Source: Felis catus (Eukaryota). Taken from it: a stretch of DNA of 64,000 nt. Numbering within the stretch: the stretch's first letter is position 1; every line of letters starts with the position of its first letter. The stretch lies in contig NC_058368.1 in the NCBI RefSeq assembly GCF_018350175.1, forward strand, positions 63,366,001 to 63,430,000, in the 5' to 3' direction. Below the pieces are notes generated by a model, which saw nothing but the letters and a program-made list of their open reading frames with translations, had not been told where the DNA came from and made no database searches. Both the position numbers and the translations under genes were made by a program. Shown piece by piece: positions 12,796-24,635 of the stretch.

Positions 12796-12914
12796 AAAAA
12801 AGATAAAAATCAGTAACAGTCAAATCATTATAAAACCACCATATGTTTGGAAATTAAGTAATACATCATCAAAAAAGAAACTAGAGCTTTTACATATTAA
12901 TTGTCCAAATTGGT

Positions 12915-13495
12915 TCCACTGTGTTTGAAAACTGATAGTGTCTAATGAAACTAAAAATATACATGTTCATTGATGCAGCAGTTCCACCCCTAAGAATATA
13001 CTCAAGAGAAATGCATACATATGTTCATCAAAACACATGTACAAAAATGTTTATTGCAACACTATTTGAAATAGCCCGACACTAGTTAATATTCCTCTCA
13101 AATGATCATCAAACCATTATAATGGGTAATAGTGGCATATTCATAATATCCATCCAATATATTGTCATATGAAATGAGTGAGCTACTGATATCTATAACA
13201 ACTTGGATAATTATCAGTTTTGAGTAAATAATACAAAAATATACATTCCTTGCTATCTTGTCTATATCAAGTTCTTCTATATGATTTATATTAATATATC
13301 AGGATAGTAGTTACCTGTGGGGAAGAGGGAAATTGTTAGTGACTATTAGGAGGGCAGAAAGGGGGCTTTGGGATACCAATAATGTTCTGCTTCCTGCTCT
13401 AGATTGTGATTAATCAATGTGTTCATTTTGTGAAAATTCATCAAGCTCGACACAGAATTTACACCGCTTTCTGTATATATATGCAGTTGGCTTAA
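12915..13495 (+). mobile_element. Old L1ME-like 3' end
   Basis: ccctaagaatatactcaagagaaatgcatacatatgttcatcaaaacacatgtacaaaaatgtttattgca and caggatagtagttacctgtgggg are L1M 3' motifs. Confidence 0.75.
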
Positions 13496-13559
13496 AAGAA
13501 TGAAGCAAATTCCTTTAAGTAGCCTCAGTAATGGCCAGTGTTCCCTTCTTTGAGGTTTT

Positions 13560-13785
13560 GACTGAATTTTTTTACAAAAACAAAGGTAATTTTGAAGCTG
13601 TTCAATGAATAAAGTGGGTGATTAAACCAAGGAAGGATGGTCAAACCAAAAAGGAAATGCAGTAACATAATGAAATTGATTCCTTCATGAGACACAGCAA
13701 ATGATCATAACATCATTTCAAAACACAATTTCCAAAAGTATTAATGAATGGAAAACTGATAGGAATAAGTGTAACTGTATGAAAT
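13560..13785 (+). mobile_element. Possible ancient mariner (MARNA-like) fragment
   Basis: ttccaaaagtattaatgaatgg...aggaataagtgt resembles, from memory, the MARNA transposase 3' region; highly degenerate. Confidence 0.3.
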
Positions 13786-13859
13786 CATGCTATGCGTTCA
13801 CATAGGTATGAATGTGTGTATTTTACCAACTTTTCACATACACCTTCTCATTTTGACCA

Positions 13860-14165
13860 CTCCAGCAGTCTGGTGATCTAAGGGCAACTATTTTATGAAG
13901 GCAGGTATTTTATTATCCATCATTTTAAGCTTCTTTCCTTCTTTCTTTCTTTCTTTTTCTTTCTTTCCTTTTCTTTCTTTCTTTCTTTTCTTTTTTCTTT
14001 TTTTTCTTTTCTTTTTTCTTCCTTCCTTCCTTTCTTTTTTCTTTTCTTTTTTTGAAGAGAGATGGAAGCAGAGGCAGAATACCCAGGCAGTGAATTAGCC
14101 AAGGTTACACACAGTTGGAAAGTGCTAGAGGCTGAATTTGTCTGGGTCTTCTGATTTCTGCCCAC
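13860..14165 (-). mobile_element. MIR SINE interrupted by a pyrimidine microsatellite
   Basis: tatgaaggcaggtattttattatccatcatttta [TC tract] ... gtgaattagccaaggttacacacagttggaaagtg, the MIR core. Confidence 0.7.
13930..14053. repeat. Compound (TTTC/TTCC/T)n pure pyrimidine tract, about 124 bp
   Basis: Uninterrupted C/T run seen directly. Confidence 0.95.
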
Positions 14166-14679
14166 TTCCTAGTCTTGTGCATTCTGGAGAGTAAGAAAGA
14201 TATCTGTATCTCTTTTTAGCTTTGAGCTGTTTCCTTGTCTACACTACTCCTTTGTACAATGGTAGCATGTTAAGCCTCTGATCTTATACTTAATTAATAC
14301 ATATTTTTTAGTATTGCAGGGCAGCAGTTTTAATGTTATAAGATCTAGCAATTTTGTACTTAAGTTTGTGTCATCCATGCACAATAAAGTTAATAAAAGC
14401 ATTATAAAAATCAGTATTTTTCTTGCACCATCACCTCCAATACCTTATAAAATCCAGCTTTTGTTTTTGTGGGTATTGATCTAATTCAATTATTTTGTCA
14501 TGGAGTATTGTGTAGCTATTTGAATTCAAGTGCAGAGTTCCTCTTTTAAAGTTTGCTGATACAGTTGCTAGTGTTTGGGAGATATCCCAAGCTACTTCTG
14601 ATGAATTACTCTGTCCTCAGAGAGTTAACTTAGGGCATAGACATATAACTAGCTTCCTTTACAATTCATTTTACATATA

Positions 14680-14742
14680 CATGATCAACAATATTTGTAG
14701 GAATGAATGAGTAAATGAATGAATGAATGAATGAATGAATGA
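14680..14742 (+). repeat. (GAAT)n, probable L2 3' tail
   Basis: aatatttgtaggaatgaatgagtaaatgaatgaatgaatgaatgaatgaatga. Confidence 0.75.
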
Positions 14743-17700
14743 CACTTTGATTAGAGGAAAGGCTCAGAGCATCCCACTCCTTCAAGATCAATTGGACTTT
14801 TGATAGGAGGTATTTTCTCTGTCCTTTCTAACAATTTATGCAATTGTGCTGGACAATATCAGATGTGCTCCTGATGCCACACATTCAGATATATGTAGGT
14901 GATTCCCATTTTTACTGTTCAAGTTTTATAGTTTTTTGATGCTTTTATTTTATTTTTTGTTGTGTAGAATCCACACAACCTATGGAAGACAATAGCCAAT
15001 ACGTATTGTGAGAGCCAAAATAAGCTTTAGCAGATGTATTTCCAAAAATAATGTTATCTTGGATTTCTTATAATAGGTTGGGAAAGATAATTATTATTCT
15101 GTATCTTTCTTGCCCTGTGTTTACAGTTGTGGAGTTTAAAAGAAAAATGATAGCATATATTTTTATATGCAGAGAGCTATGGCTAAACAATTTTTACAGA
15201 ACTTAGACAGTTCTTTTCCCAGCACTTTGTTTTTCTCCAGATTCATTGTATCAGTCTCCAGATTCATTGTACTCATTGTTTTTCTCCAGATTCATTGTGA
15301 ATAGAATATTTACAGAGCTATGGGCAAGGTTAACATGGAATGGTCCTACAAAATGGAACATGCACTTAACAAAACCCAGCAGTTGTATTCTTGGGCATTT
15401 TCCCCAGAGAAATAAAGACTTACAGCCACACAGACACCTGTACATGATTGTTCATAGAAGCTGTATTCCTAGAGGGCACAGCAAAGCAGAGAAAGGCAGA
15501 GAACTGACCTGGGACCAAGGAGCCAGGGGGCAAATAAAGAAACCTGTGCATCTCCACCATATGTGGAGAATTTCTTCTAGTATTTCCCAGACCTAGACTT
15601 TTCTTTTAAAAGCAGTATTTATTTTTCTGAAATTTTCACTATATTTTTCAGCTGTCTGTGTATACTTCCGCCTGACTAGGTCTATTGGTAAATATTTTTC
15701 TATTTGATATAAACATCTGTTTATAGTTTGCGTTCAGTAAACAAACACCATGTAAACTGTATACATTTCATGTCTTGAGTTTTAATTACAAGTGCTTATT
15801 AATCCCTCATGATGAGCAAAGTATTGTGGTTAAGTCTTGCCAGAGATATAATTAACTGTGGAGCGGGGCAGGGTTCCCTGACCTCAGAGTTATTCATAAC
15901 CCTGTGCAGAAGATAGAAGTAATTACCAAAAACACCAGCATGTGGAACAGACTTGCAAGGGAGGGGGTGTTGTGTCTTCAATCAGATTAAGATTCTAAAT
16001 TGCAGTATTGATATCAGGATCCATATAGCTTTAAAATTCCATCACAGTTGTGCAAATGTCTGCATTGGGAGTGCAGTGAGAGATGTGATACTTGCAAATC
16101 TCATCCCAGGAATATAGTGAATAGAGCCCTGCCATGGCTTTGCATTTCTGAAGGAAATTAGTTTTGTTCCACTTCCTACCCTCTTCCTACAGAAATGTAA
16201 GGTAGCTCTTGCTGTGCTGTCGCCTCACACCCTTCACACACTGCAGCCACAGCTGGACCACATCAGTTCTTCGGCCTTCATCCCTTCTGCTGTTTTCTGC
16301 ACATCACAACATTTCTAAAGAAACACACTTACTATTTGATTATTGTTTCCAACAAAATAGAAAAGATTATGTATTTCATCTATCAGTTTTGAGATGGAGG
16401 CCACATAGCACATCAATGTGACATGAGAGCATACCCTTTCATGTAAATTACAATTTGTTGTATAGAAGGAAAAATTCAACTGGGATTGTTCTGAAGGCAG
16501 TAAATGTACTATAACTAACTTTGCAGTATTTCCATCTGTGAAAATGAAAATAGATCTGCATATCTTCTAAAATATTTATTTAGATTTTTTTCTTAAAAAC
16601 TATGTTTTCTTGAGTTTGATTGTCACTAGCAAATATAAAAAGTGATAGCTTTTTTAAAGGCTGGAACTAAACAAGAATTCCTATTAAATAGCAAGAATCC
16701 AATAGTCATTGTTCTTTGTACTCACTTGCCCTGAACAATGACTTTTAAGATGCCTGTTACCTTTGAAAAGTAAAAGGAAGAATCTGACTTATAATCAACA
16801 CGATTTGCTCAGTTTAAAAAAAAAAAAAAGTTTTGCTTAAATAATTTATGCAACACAAAGATGTCAAAAATAATTCAAATTTTACTTTAGATTTGCTTTG
16901 CAATCCAACCTAAATAATACCTATATTTTGAGCCTATTAGTTTTTAAGAAAAGATAGTGGATGTTTTTATCACAGTGTTTCCACAGAATAATACCACTAC
17001 TCTGCATTTTAAAAACATCTTTATCTTGAAAAAGTTTGCATATCTTTCATCTCATTTTATCCTAGTTCAGAAGCCATAGAAATCTATCCTGCAGATGAAG
17101 AATTGTGACAGAGATAAATGATTTGTTGTCCAAAGTGACATCTGCACAAGGGGCTGGCTACGTGTGAACTTAAGACCCTAACATCTAGGACAGCTCACTC
17201 AGGGTGGCCACACCACTAAAGTAGCCAACACATCAAGAGTAATAGAAATTTAAAAGCGCACGTCTCTCTGTCTCTCTCTGCAATTTTGGCAGCTGGTGGT
17301 CATTGCCTTCTGAAGATGGCTGTGACAGGCATGCTTAAAATTAGAAATTCAGGAAGTAGCTAGAAAGGGCTTGGGCTTATTTTCTGGGGTAGGCGGAAGT
17401 AGGGAGGATTCCTCCTAGCAGTATGCTACATTTTTCGTTCCAAAATGACAGCCTTCTAAAGGCAATAAATAACCCCTCCACCTGCATGTTGCCAGAGAAC
17501 CCTGTCCGCAGCCCAGAGGAGTATACCACAGAGAGGAAATGCTAGGTAGGACAAGGGATGGAAAGAAGAGAAGGGGCAGTGAGAGACAGCCAGATGGCAG
17601 GTGATGAGGAACAGGCTGGATAAGAAAATAGTGCCATTTAAGAAAGATAGGGAACTTACAAAGATTGCTAGGAAGGCTAGAAAAAAGCCCTCACGTTGAT

Positions 17701-20700
17701 ACTCCTTGAAGAAAATATTGCAGCAAAAGCCTGTGAGCCTTCTGAAATAAAAAGCAGAAAGATCAAGAAGGGTAGGGTTGAGACAAGACCCGTTTGTTAT
17801 TAACTCACAGATAAGAATAGAAGATTTACGTTCACTACCTAACAGCATATCTGTAAACACTTCATCTAAAATTTTTAATCAATTCTTCAGTCAATGTCCA
17901 TTGTACTCCATTGTTCCCTTTTTGTTACAAATCCCAAAGAAGTAACTTCAATCTGTTACCCTTTGCCAAACTGCTGATTCTGGGTGGCCTCTGAACAAAG
18001 CAGCAGCAAACACATTTTCAAGGAAGAAAAGTAAAAAGTAACATCAAGTCCACTGTTTTTTGGCCCTGGACAACTTTGGAGATGACTTGGTTGCCAGCTC
18101 CAGGCTCCTTTATCTCTTTAGTTTCAAATTAGGAAGAAAAACCTGTTCTCCCTGACTGCATTCCTTTTCAAAAAATTTCCTTTCTCATACCCAGATGGTG
18201 CCCTTTGAACTTAAAAGCTAAAGAACTTTGTTCCCCACTGTAAATCGTCCCCACGGCCATGTTGCTTTTCCATTTAGCTGCCAAGCTGGGGAGAATTGGC
18301 GGTTATACCGGACAATTAGCACTTTGAAATATTATACCACCACATATGTAACAGGTTAGCACAGTGCCTGGACATGAGAGCACTCCACAAATGTTAGTGC
18401 CTTCCTTCCCTCTGGGCACTCAACCAGGCAAGGTCTATTTGTGCTTCTGCCACTGGGATGCAGGGAAAGGAGAATGGGGAAGTTGGTGTTTGGTGTCCTA
18501 ATGGGGAATAGATGCAGGGAAAAAAAACAAAGAAAGAGAAGAAAAGAAAAACTATCAAAGAATGCTGTTGGACCCTTATTTTAAACCTCAGTTTTCATTT
18601 ATGGGTCACTCAGCAAAGCCTGAAAAAAATCAAAGGGAGAAAAAGGACAACAGGAAATGGAGATATTAATATTGAAACCCCTGAAAGCAATCAATCACCT
18701 TCATCTCTGGTTGTAAAACAATCCACGCTCTAAAATCTCACAGCCCCAAGTAGCATAGACACTAACCAAAGACCTGTTAGTGAACTGTGTTTATTAATAA
18801 TTAGGGATGGTTGGAATTTTCCCCAGCATTTTATTTGGTATAATCCAAAATGTTTTCACCTAGGAGAAATAAGCAAGACTGTTATTTATATAATCTGTGA
18901 AAATAAGCACTAACCCACTCCTCTAGTCCCTGAATAAAACCAGACATATGGTGGGTATTAAAAAACAAATGTAGTCTATCGCAACTTCATAAATTTTCTT
19001 TTTTTTTTTTTTCATGGAAACTCTCACTTTAAAAGAATTTCTCTGCTTCAGGCTTCCTTTAAGAGATGATTCTCTAAAACACTGCCCATCCTTTCAAAAA
19101 TCCTTAATCTAGAGTAAAATGACTTCTAAAGGTATTCAGATTAATTTGGGAGTAAAATGGCAGTTTACTAAGAAGCTATTAGTGGGCCTTGCTAACTATT
19201 CCCCATAATGGTTTCCTGACCAAAGGAAACCATAACCTCTAGCCTTGCCCTGAACTAGTAAGTCAAGAGAAATTTGAGCCAGTGTTTACATAGGACATAC
19301 ATAATCCAGATTGTTATACAGAAAAAAAAAAAAAGTTACATTGGATTTGGTTGAGCTTTCAGTTTAATGAAAAGAAGGCTAGACCAGGAGTTAAAAGTTA
19401 TATTAGTTCTCTATATTGGACAGTAAGTACCTCTCTGATTCTTACTTTCCTCATCTATGAAATAGGTAAGAAATCTATCTATCATTATATGAGAAAACTT
19501 CACAACTATAACCAGATATGCATTATTATTCACTGTCACATGGTAGTCATTTAACAAATATACTTTGAGAGTTCCACCTTCCAAAAAGATGTTATTCCAT
19601 GTGAATATTTATTATCATTAGGGATAATCAAAATCTCTGATGTTTCTGGAAAGAATAAGAAGGGTTAAATCTCAGGTATTACAAAGCTCTCTTTATTCCT
19701 CTGACCTCTAAACCCTTAGCTCTGGAAGTCCTGCCTATCCTCTCCATGCAGACTGCTTGATCTCACTTGGGGTAGGGAGAAAGATGCTTCTAAATTTAGT
19801 CTAAGTGGATTTAACATATGGCATTATACCTTCCCAGGTCAAGAGGTCCCAGTGTTTCTGGAAAACTAGAAAACAGGTTTTGCTGGGTGGTAGAAATTGG
19901 AGAAGGCAGACCATTCAGCTATTTGGAGGAAAACAGTGACTTGGAGATTTGTTTTTTAAGCTAAATTTCTAAAAGAAAGCTATGCCTTAATGCTAAAAGG
20001 CATCTTGATTTAGGTCTTTGAGATATTTCCCTGATGGCATCTAAGACCTATTAAGTTATTTGGCATCTGGTCCATGTGCCAAATGGACTGTACTCCAAGC
20101 AAGTTAATCAGGCTTGGACCTGGGAAAGTATCCTTATTGGATTTGAGGATAAAAATAAATAGAAGCACAAGGAGGGTTAGAATAAGGGCTTTATTATCAA
20201 AAGCCAAAGGGTCAAAGTCAGTAAAAACACAAAAGAGAAAAGAATAAGGAAGAAAACAGTGAAATTGAATAAGACTTTTAAATTAGGAATAATTTTTAAT
20301 AAAGCGTGCAAGCCTTATACATTTCTTAATAACAAAGACATGCCTTTACTTTTAAGTGAGCATGGTGAGTTTTGTAGTAGCAAATGACAACAGTGTGTAT
20401 TTCTGTGAATCTTAAATACCCATGAGTAAGAGACAGGTATGATCTGCCATATTTTCTTATTGCTTAAGTAGACATAAGGATTCAAAAAGACATAGAACAT
20501 GCTTTTATATCTGTCATGGGATGTCCACAATTACTAACATTCTGGTAAATGTTTTTCTCCTAGTTGAACCAAAGGTATAAAGGGAGTCCAGGAAAAGAGC
20601 AGCTTTAGAGACTGGAGTAGTATAAAATCCAAAATGAAGGTGTGTTTTGGGTCTGTGCAATAAAATGATTGCAGTAAGTGCCATTGGAAACTACGTGAAC

Positions 20701-22085
20701 ACTGCCATCTAATGCATTGCTTAAAATCAGCAAGTGAGTGAGACCTTGTGCTAGGAAGCAGGAGAAACTGAAAATATCCGCCTAATTAGGAATGCTGCTA
20801 TCAGGATTTTACTTTAAATTAAATTGAATGTAGTATTTAAATAAATCCTAGCTCTTGTGCCTTATTTTTCAGCATGCTAAGAGTACTGATTTTCTGAATA
20901 CCTGCCACCCCTAGTTCTTCTCATTTTAAAAAAAAAAAATAGATTTTTTTATTTTACCAGTAGTGTATAGCAAGGAGTATTTAAGAAATTTCCTATCTGA
21001 GGACTATTTTGTAGCTTGGAGAAAATAGGTAATCAAAACCTATCAATTCAAAACATTCAAAAACCTAGAAAAGAGCGAACAACGTGTCTTTATTCAATGT
21101 GGGATGTGATTAAAATGTCAGATGTTATATTGGAAGCTATCAATCCCATATTTGCATTGTTTCAAGACTACTTAGAAAAAATTGTTGAAAAACCATTTAC
21201 CATGAAAAAGGTAAAAGAAGCATATGAACACCCCCCCCCCCACACACACACACACAATAACAAAACTATCCTACCCCTTCTAGTCTTTACATAGGGATAT
21301 TTGGGAAATACTTAAAGGTGTATGAACCACTTCTTATATTGGCATTTTGTTCTACTGACTTTACTAAAATTTCAAATGACTCTGGCAAAATCATTTATAT
21401 AAAATCTATAGGCAAGTAAGTTGAAGTAATCCTGCATTCTTTGGTTTTGCTGCCAGGAAATAGCTGATGGTTATCTTGCTGCAACAATTCCTACCCTGGA
21501 GAAACTGAAAATCACATTTACAAAGAAAGGATGAGTAGGAGGCCATGGGCCAAAGGAGAGACAGTGTAGTAAATTTGGTAAGGTTGGGGAAAGTGCACTG
21601 CTATAAACTTGACCAGCCTCAGATGAGATCAGTCCTTCATGTCAGTGGAAGATCTTCGAGGGCCAAGGATTTAAAGGCAGTTGTTTACATTGACAGTGGT
21701 AGATTGTTAAGAAAATAATTTCACTTGTACATTTGTTAATTCACACAATTTGCTGAGCTGAGACCAGTGAGGGGTGGAGACATCAAGTGAGATGATGTTC
21801 CTATGTATTCAGAAGTAACACCCGTAGGGCAAAGAAGACATCTTCACAAATACATAATGTATGACTGGCTTTGAAAAAGATTTAGTACTTCACAGAACAG
21901 GTGCTCAGTAATTTTTTTTAATGTTTGCATGTGCAGATAATTATTTGGATAAATAAATAAGTGAATTATGAATTAGTACCATAGAAACATTATGGAAGTT
22001 CAGAGAAAAGACAATTTATTTCTATTAACTTGGCTAAGCTAAGAAGTGGAGGAGAGATACAAGAGTTTAAGAAAGACTAGCATCA

Positions 22086-22300
22086 TCCTGGGTGGCTTAG
22101 TCGGTTAAGTGTCCAACTTTGGCTCAGGTCACAATTTCACAACCCGTGAGTTCAAGCCCTGCGTCAAGCTCTGTGCTGATACCTCAGAGCCTGGAGCCTG
22201 CTTTGGATTCTGTGTCTCCTTCTTTCTCTGTTACTCCTCCCCTCACACTCTCTCTCTCTCCCTCTCAAAAATAAATAAAGATTAAAAAATTAAATTAAAA
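22086..22300 (+). mobile_element. Can-SINE
   Basis: Head, (CT)n and A-tail; TSD aagaaagacta(g/a)catc at 22069-22084 and 22301-22316. Confidence 0.93.
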
Positions 22301-22314
22301 AAGAAAGACTAACA

Positions 22315-22770
22315 TCATTATGCATAACTCCCAAAAGAATCCAAATGTCCATCACCAGGTAAATGGATAAACAAGACATAGCATATCCATGCAATGAAAC
22401 ATTAATTGGACGTGAAAAGAAATGAAGTACTGATACATGCTATAACACTGATAAAGCCCATAACCACTGTGCTAAGTGAAAGAAGCTAGACACAAAAGGT
22501 CATTTATTAATTTTTTCCATATATATGTTTACAAGAATTAAACCCATAGAGACAGAAAGTAGACTGATGGTTGCCAAGGGCTGGAAGAAATCAGGGATAT
22601 GAAGTAACTGCTTAATTGGTATGGAGTGTCCTTTTGGAGTAAGAAAAATGTTTTGTTTGGAACTAGAAGAGAAGTGGTTGCACACCATTTTGAGTGTACT
22701 AAATGCCACTGAACATTCAGTTTAAAATGGTTAATGCTATGTCATGTGAATTTCACCTCAATAAAAAGTT
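22315..22770 (+). mobile_element. L1MB/MC-like 3' end
   Basis: ccaaatgtccatcaccaggtaaatggataaac...gaagtactgatacatgctataac...cacctcaataaaaa. Confidence 0.85.
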
Positions 22771-23983
22771 GATTAAAAAGAAGGAAGGATAAAAAATGTA
22801 AAGTAGGTTGGATAATTTTATTTGCTGTCAATGGGATGGGCATGCAGCGAAGAATCACTTCACTGTAGGTTCTTAGTTAGAAGAGCGACATGATCACCTC
22901 TATGCCGGGAAGTTTAAAGTAGCTGCAATGTGTGCTGGAGATTGGACCACATAACAAGAAGGGATGTTACCTGTTCATAATTTAAAAAAACTATTTCTGT
23001 AGGAGTCTGTAAAGTTCCAGACTATGCTGGTAGCCACAACATGTATAAAAATGCCAGCTTAGATGTCAGATATTGAGAAAGTAGTATGATCTCTTCAAAA
23101 CCAATTTGTCTAATCCATGTACACTGAGGTATAATTTGCAAAGAATAGTTCCAGTTATTTCTCCTTGCAATTGAGTGCTATTGCCTAAACTGACTAAATA
23201 ATACAAGTGCAATAACTCTCACTGAGAGCAGCATAAAAGGCTATTCCATTCATTCATGTGAACAAGGTATTTGAAAGAGCAATCACAACTGTAGGCATAT
23301 TTTAGTATACGTCCCTGAAAGTTTTAATTATTTATACTCAAATTCTTCTCTCAGAGAGAAGAACAAAAGTATTCCCTTAGCAAATATTATTGAGCGTATC
23401 CAATGTATCAGGCAGCACAATAGACACTGAGTTCATGAAGGTGAACAAGTTGATCTCACAGTCTAGTTGAAGATAAGTAAACAGGAAATAGTAATGTAAT
23501 CAAAGTATGAGAGTAAGTCCAGTCCAAACCGCATATGGGAAAAGTCACCTGAAATGGTATGGGATAATGGGCAATGGGGTGGGGGTGAGAGTTGGACTTT
23601 GGAAATGCATCCTCAGAAGAAGTCACAGCTGCAGCCCAGAGGGACAAGACCTTTTAGACTGAGAAGGGCAGGCTTGTGAGCAGAAAAACCACCTAGGTTT
23701 CTTGTTCAAGAAACCTGAGAGAGAATCAGTGAGCCTGTCACCAGTGAGGAAGCAAACAACTGCTTTTACCTAAAAACCAACAAACAGGTTTTGTCTTACA
23801 CAGGACAGAAGTTATATTAATGTCAACTAGAAGTATGGTCCTCCATTTTCAGGCCTTACAGTTGCCTACCTTTCAGTAGCAGGGATGCGAAACTGGGCAC
23901 CAACTTTGGAAGCCCTCACCTGTAGCTATCCCATTAAAAGGCCTCCTCACAAGACAATATTATTCAGTGATTAAAAGGGGGGA

Positions 23984-24144
23984 GGGGTGCCTGGATGGCT
24001 CAGGTCATGATCTCTTATTTCATGAGTTCAAGCCCCACATTGGGCTCTCTGCTGTCAGCACAGAGCCCACTTCGGATCCTCTATCTCCCTCTCTCTCTCT
24101 ACCCCTCCCCTGCTTGTGTTTTCTCTCAAAAATAAATATTAAAA
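23984..24144 (+). mobile_element. Can-SINE with an internal head deletion
   Basis: ggggtgcctggatggctcag|gtcatgatc lacks the segment normally found between the two gctcag motifs. Confidence 0.88.
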
Positions 24145-24154
24145 GTTGGGGGAG

Positions 24155-24635
24155 GGTCCTTTGCCATTTGCAACAATCTGGATGGACCTGGAGGACATTA
24201 CGCTAAGCGAAATAAGCCAGATGCAGAAAGACAAATACCATATGATCTCACTTATACATGGAATGTAAAAATGTCAAACTCAGAGAGTAGAATGGTGGTT
24301 ACCAGAGACTTGGAGCTGGAGGAAATGGAAATGCTGGTCAAAGGGTTAGTTATAAGTTATAAGTTACATAACGTACAAGTTGTAAGTTTTAGTTATAAGG
24401 TGAATAAGTTCTGGGGATCTAACTTACAACATAGTGACTATAGTTGATGCCATGTTTTACAATTGAAATTGTTGAGAGAGTAGATCTTAAGTGTTCTCCC
24501 ACACACACACACACAAATGGTAGCTGTGGGAGATGATAGATGTGTTAATTTTATTATAATCATTTCATAGTGTATATGTATATTAAATCATTACACAAAT
24601 ATATACATTTGTCAAGTATACTTCAATAAAGCTGG
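24155..24635 (+). mobile_element. L1MA-like 3' end
   Basis: gccatttgcaacaatctggatggacctggaggacattacgctaagcgaaataagccag...cttcaataaagctgg. Confidence 0.85.

Noticed and set aside
13895..14165. Hydrophobic (F/S/L) and Lys/Arg/Glu-rich ORFs resembling membrane or nuclear peptides
   Set aside because: Translations of the TTTC microsatellite; the same applies to ORFs over SINE (CT)n/(GT)n tracts and 44612-44944.
17456..17860. 134-aa hydrophobic minus-strand ORF
   Set aside because: Non-ATG start, antisense of purine-rich sequence, no domain recognised and no convincing flanking splice sites.
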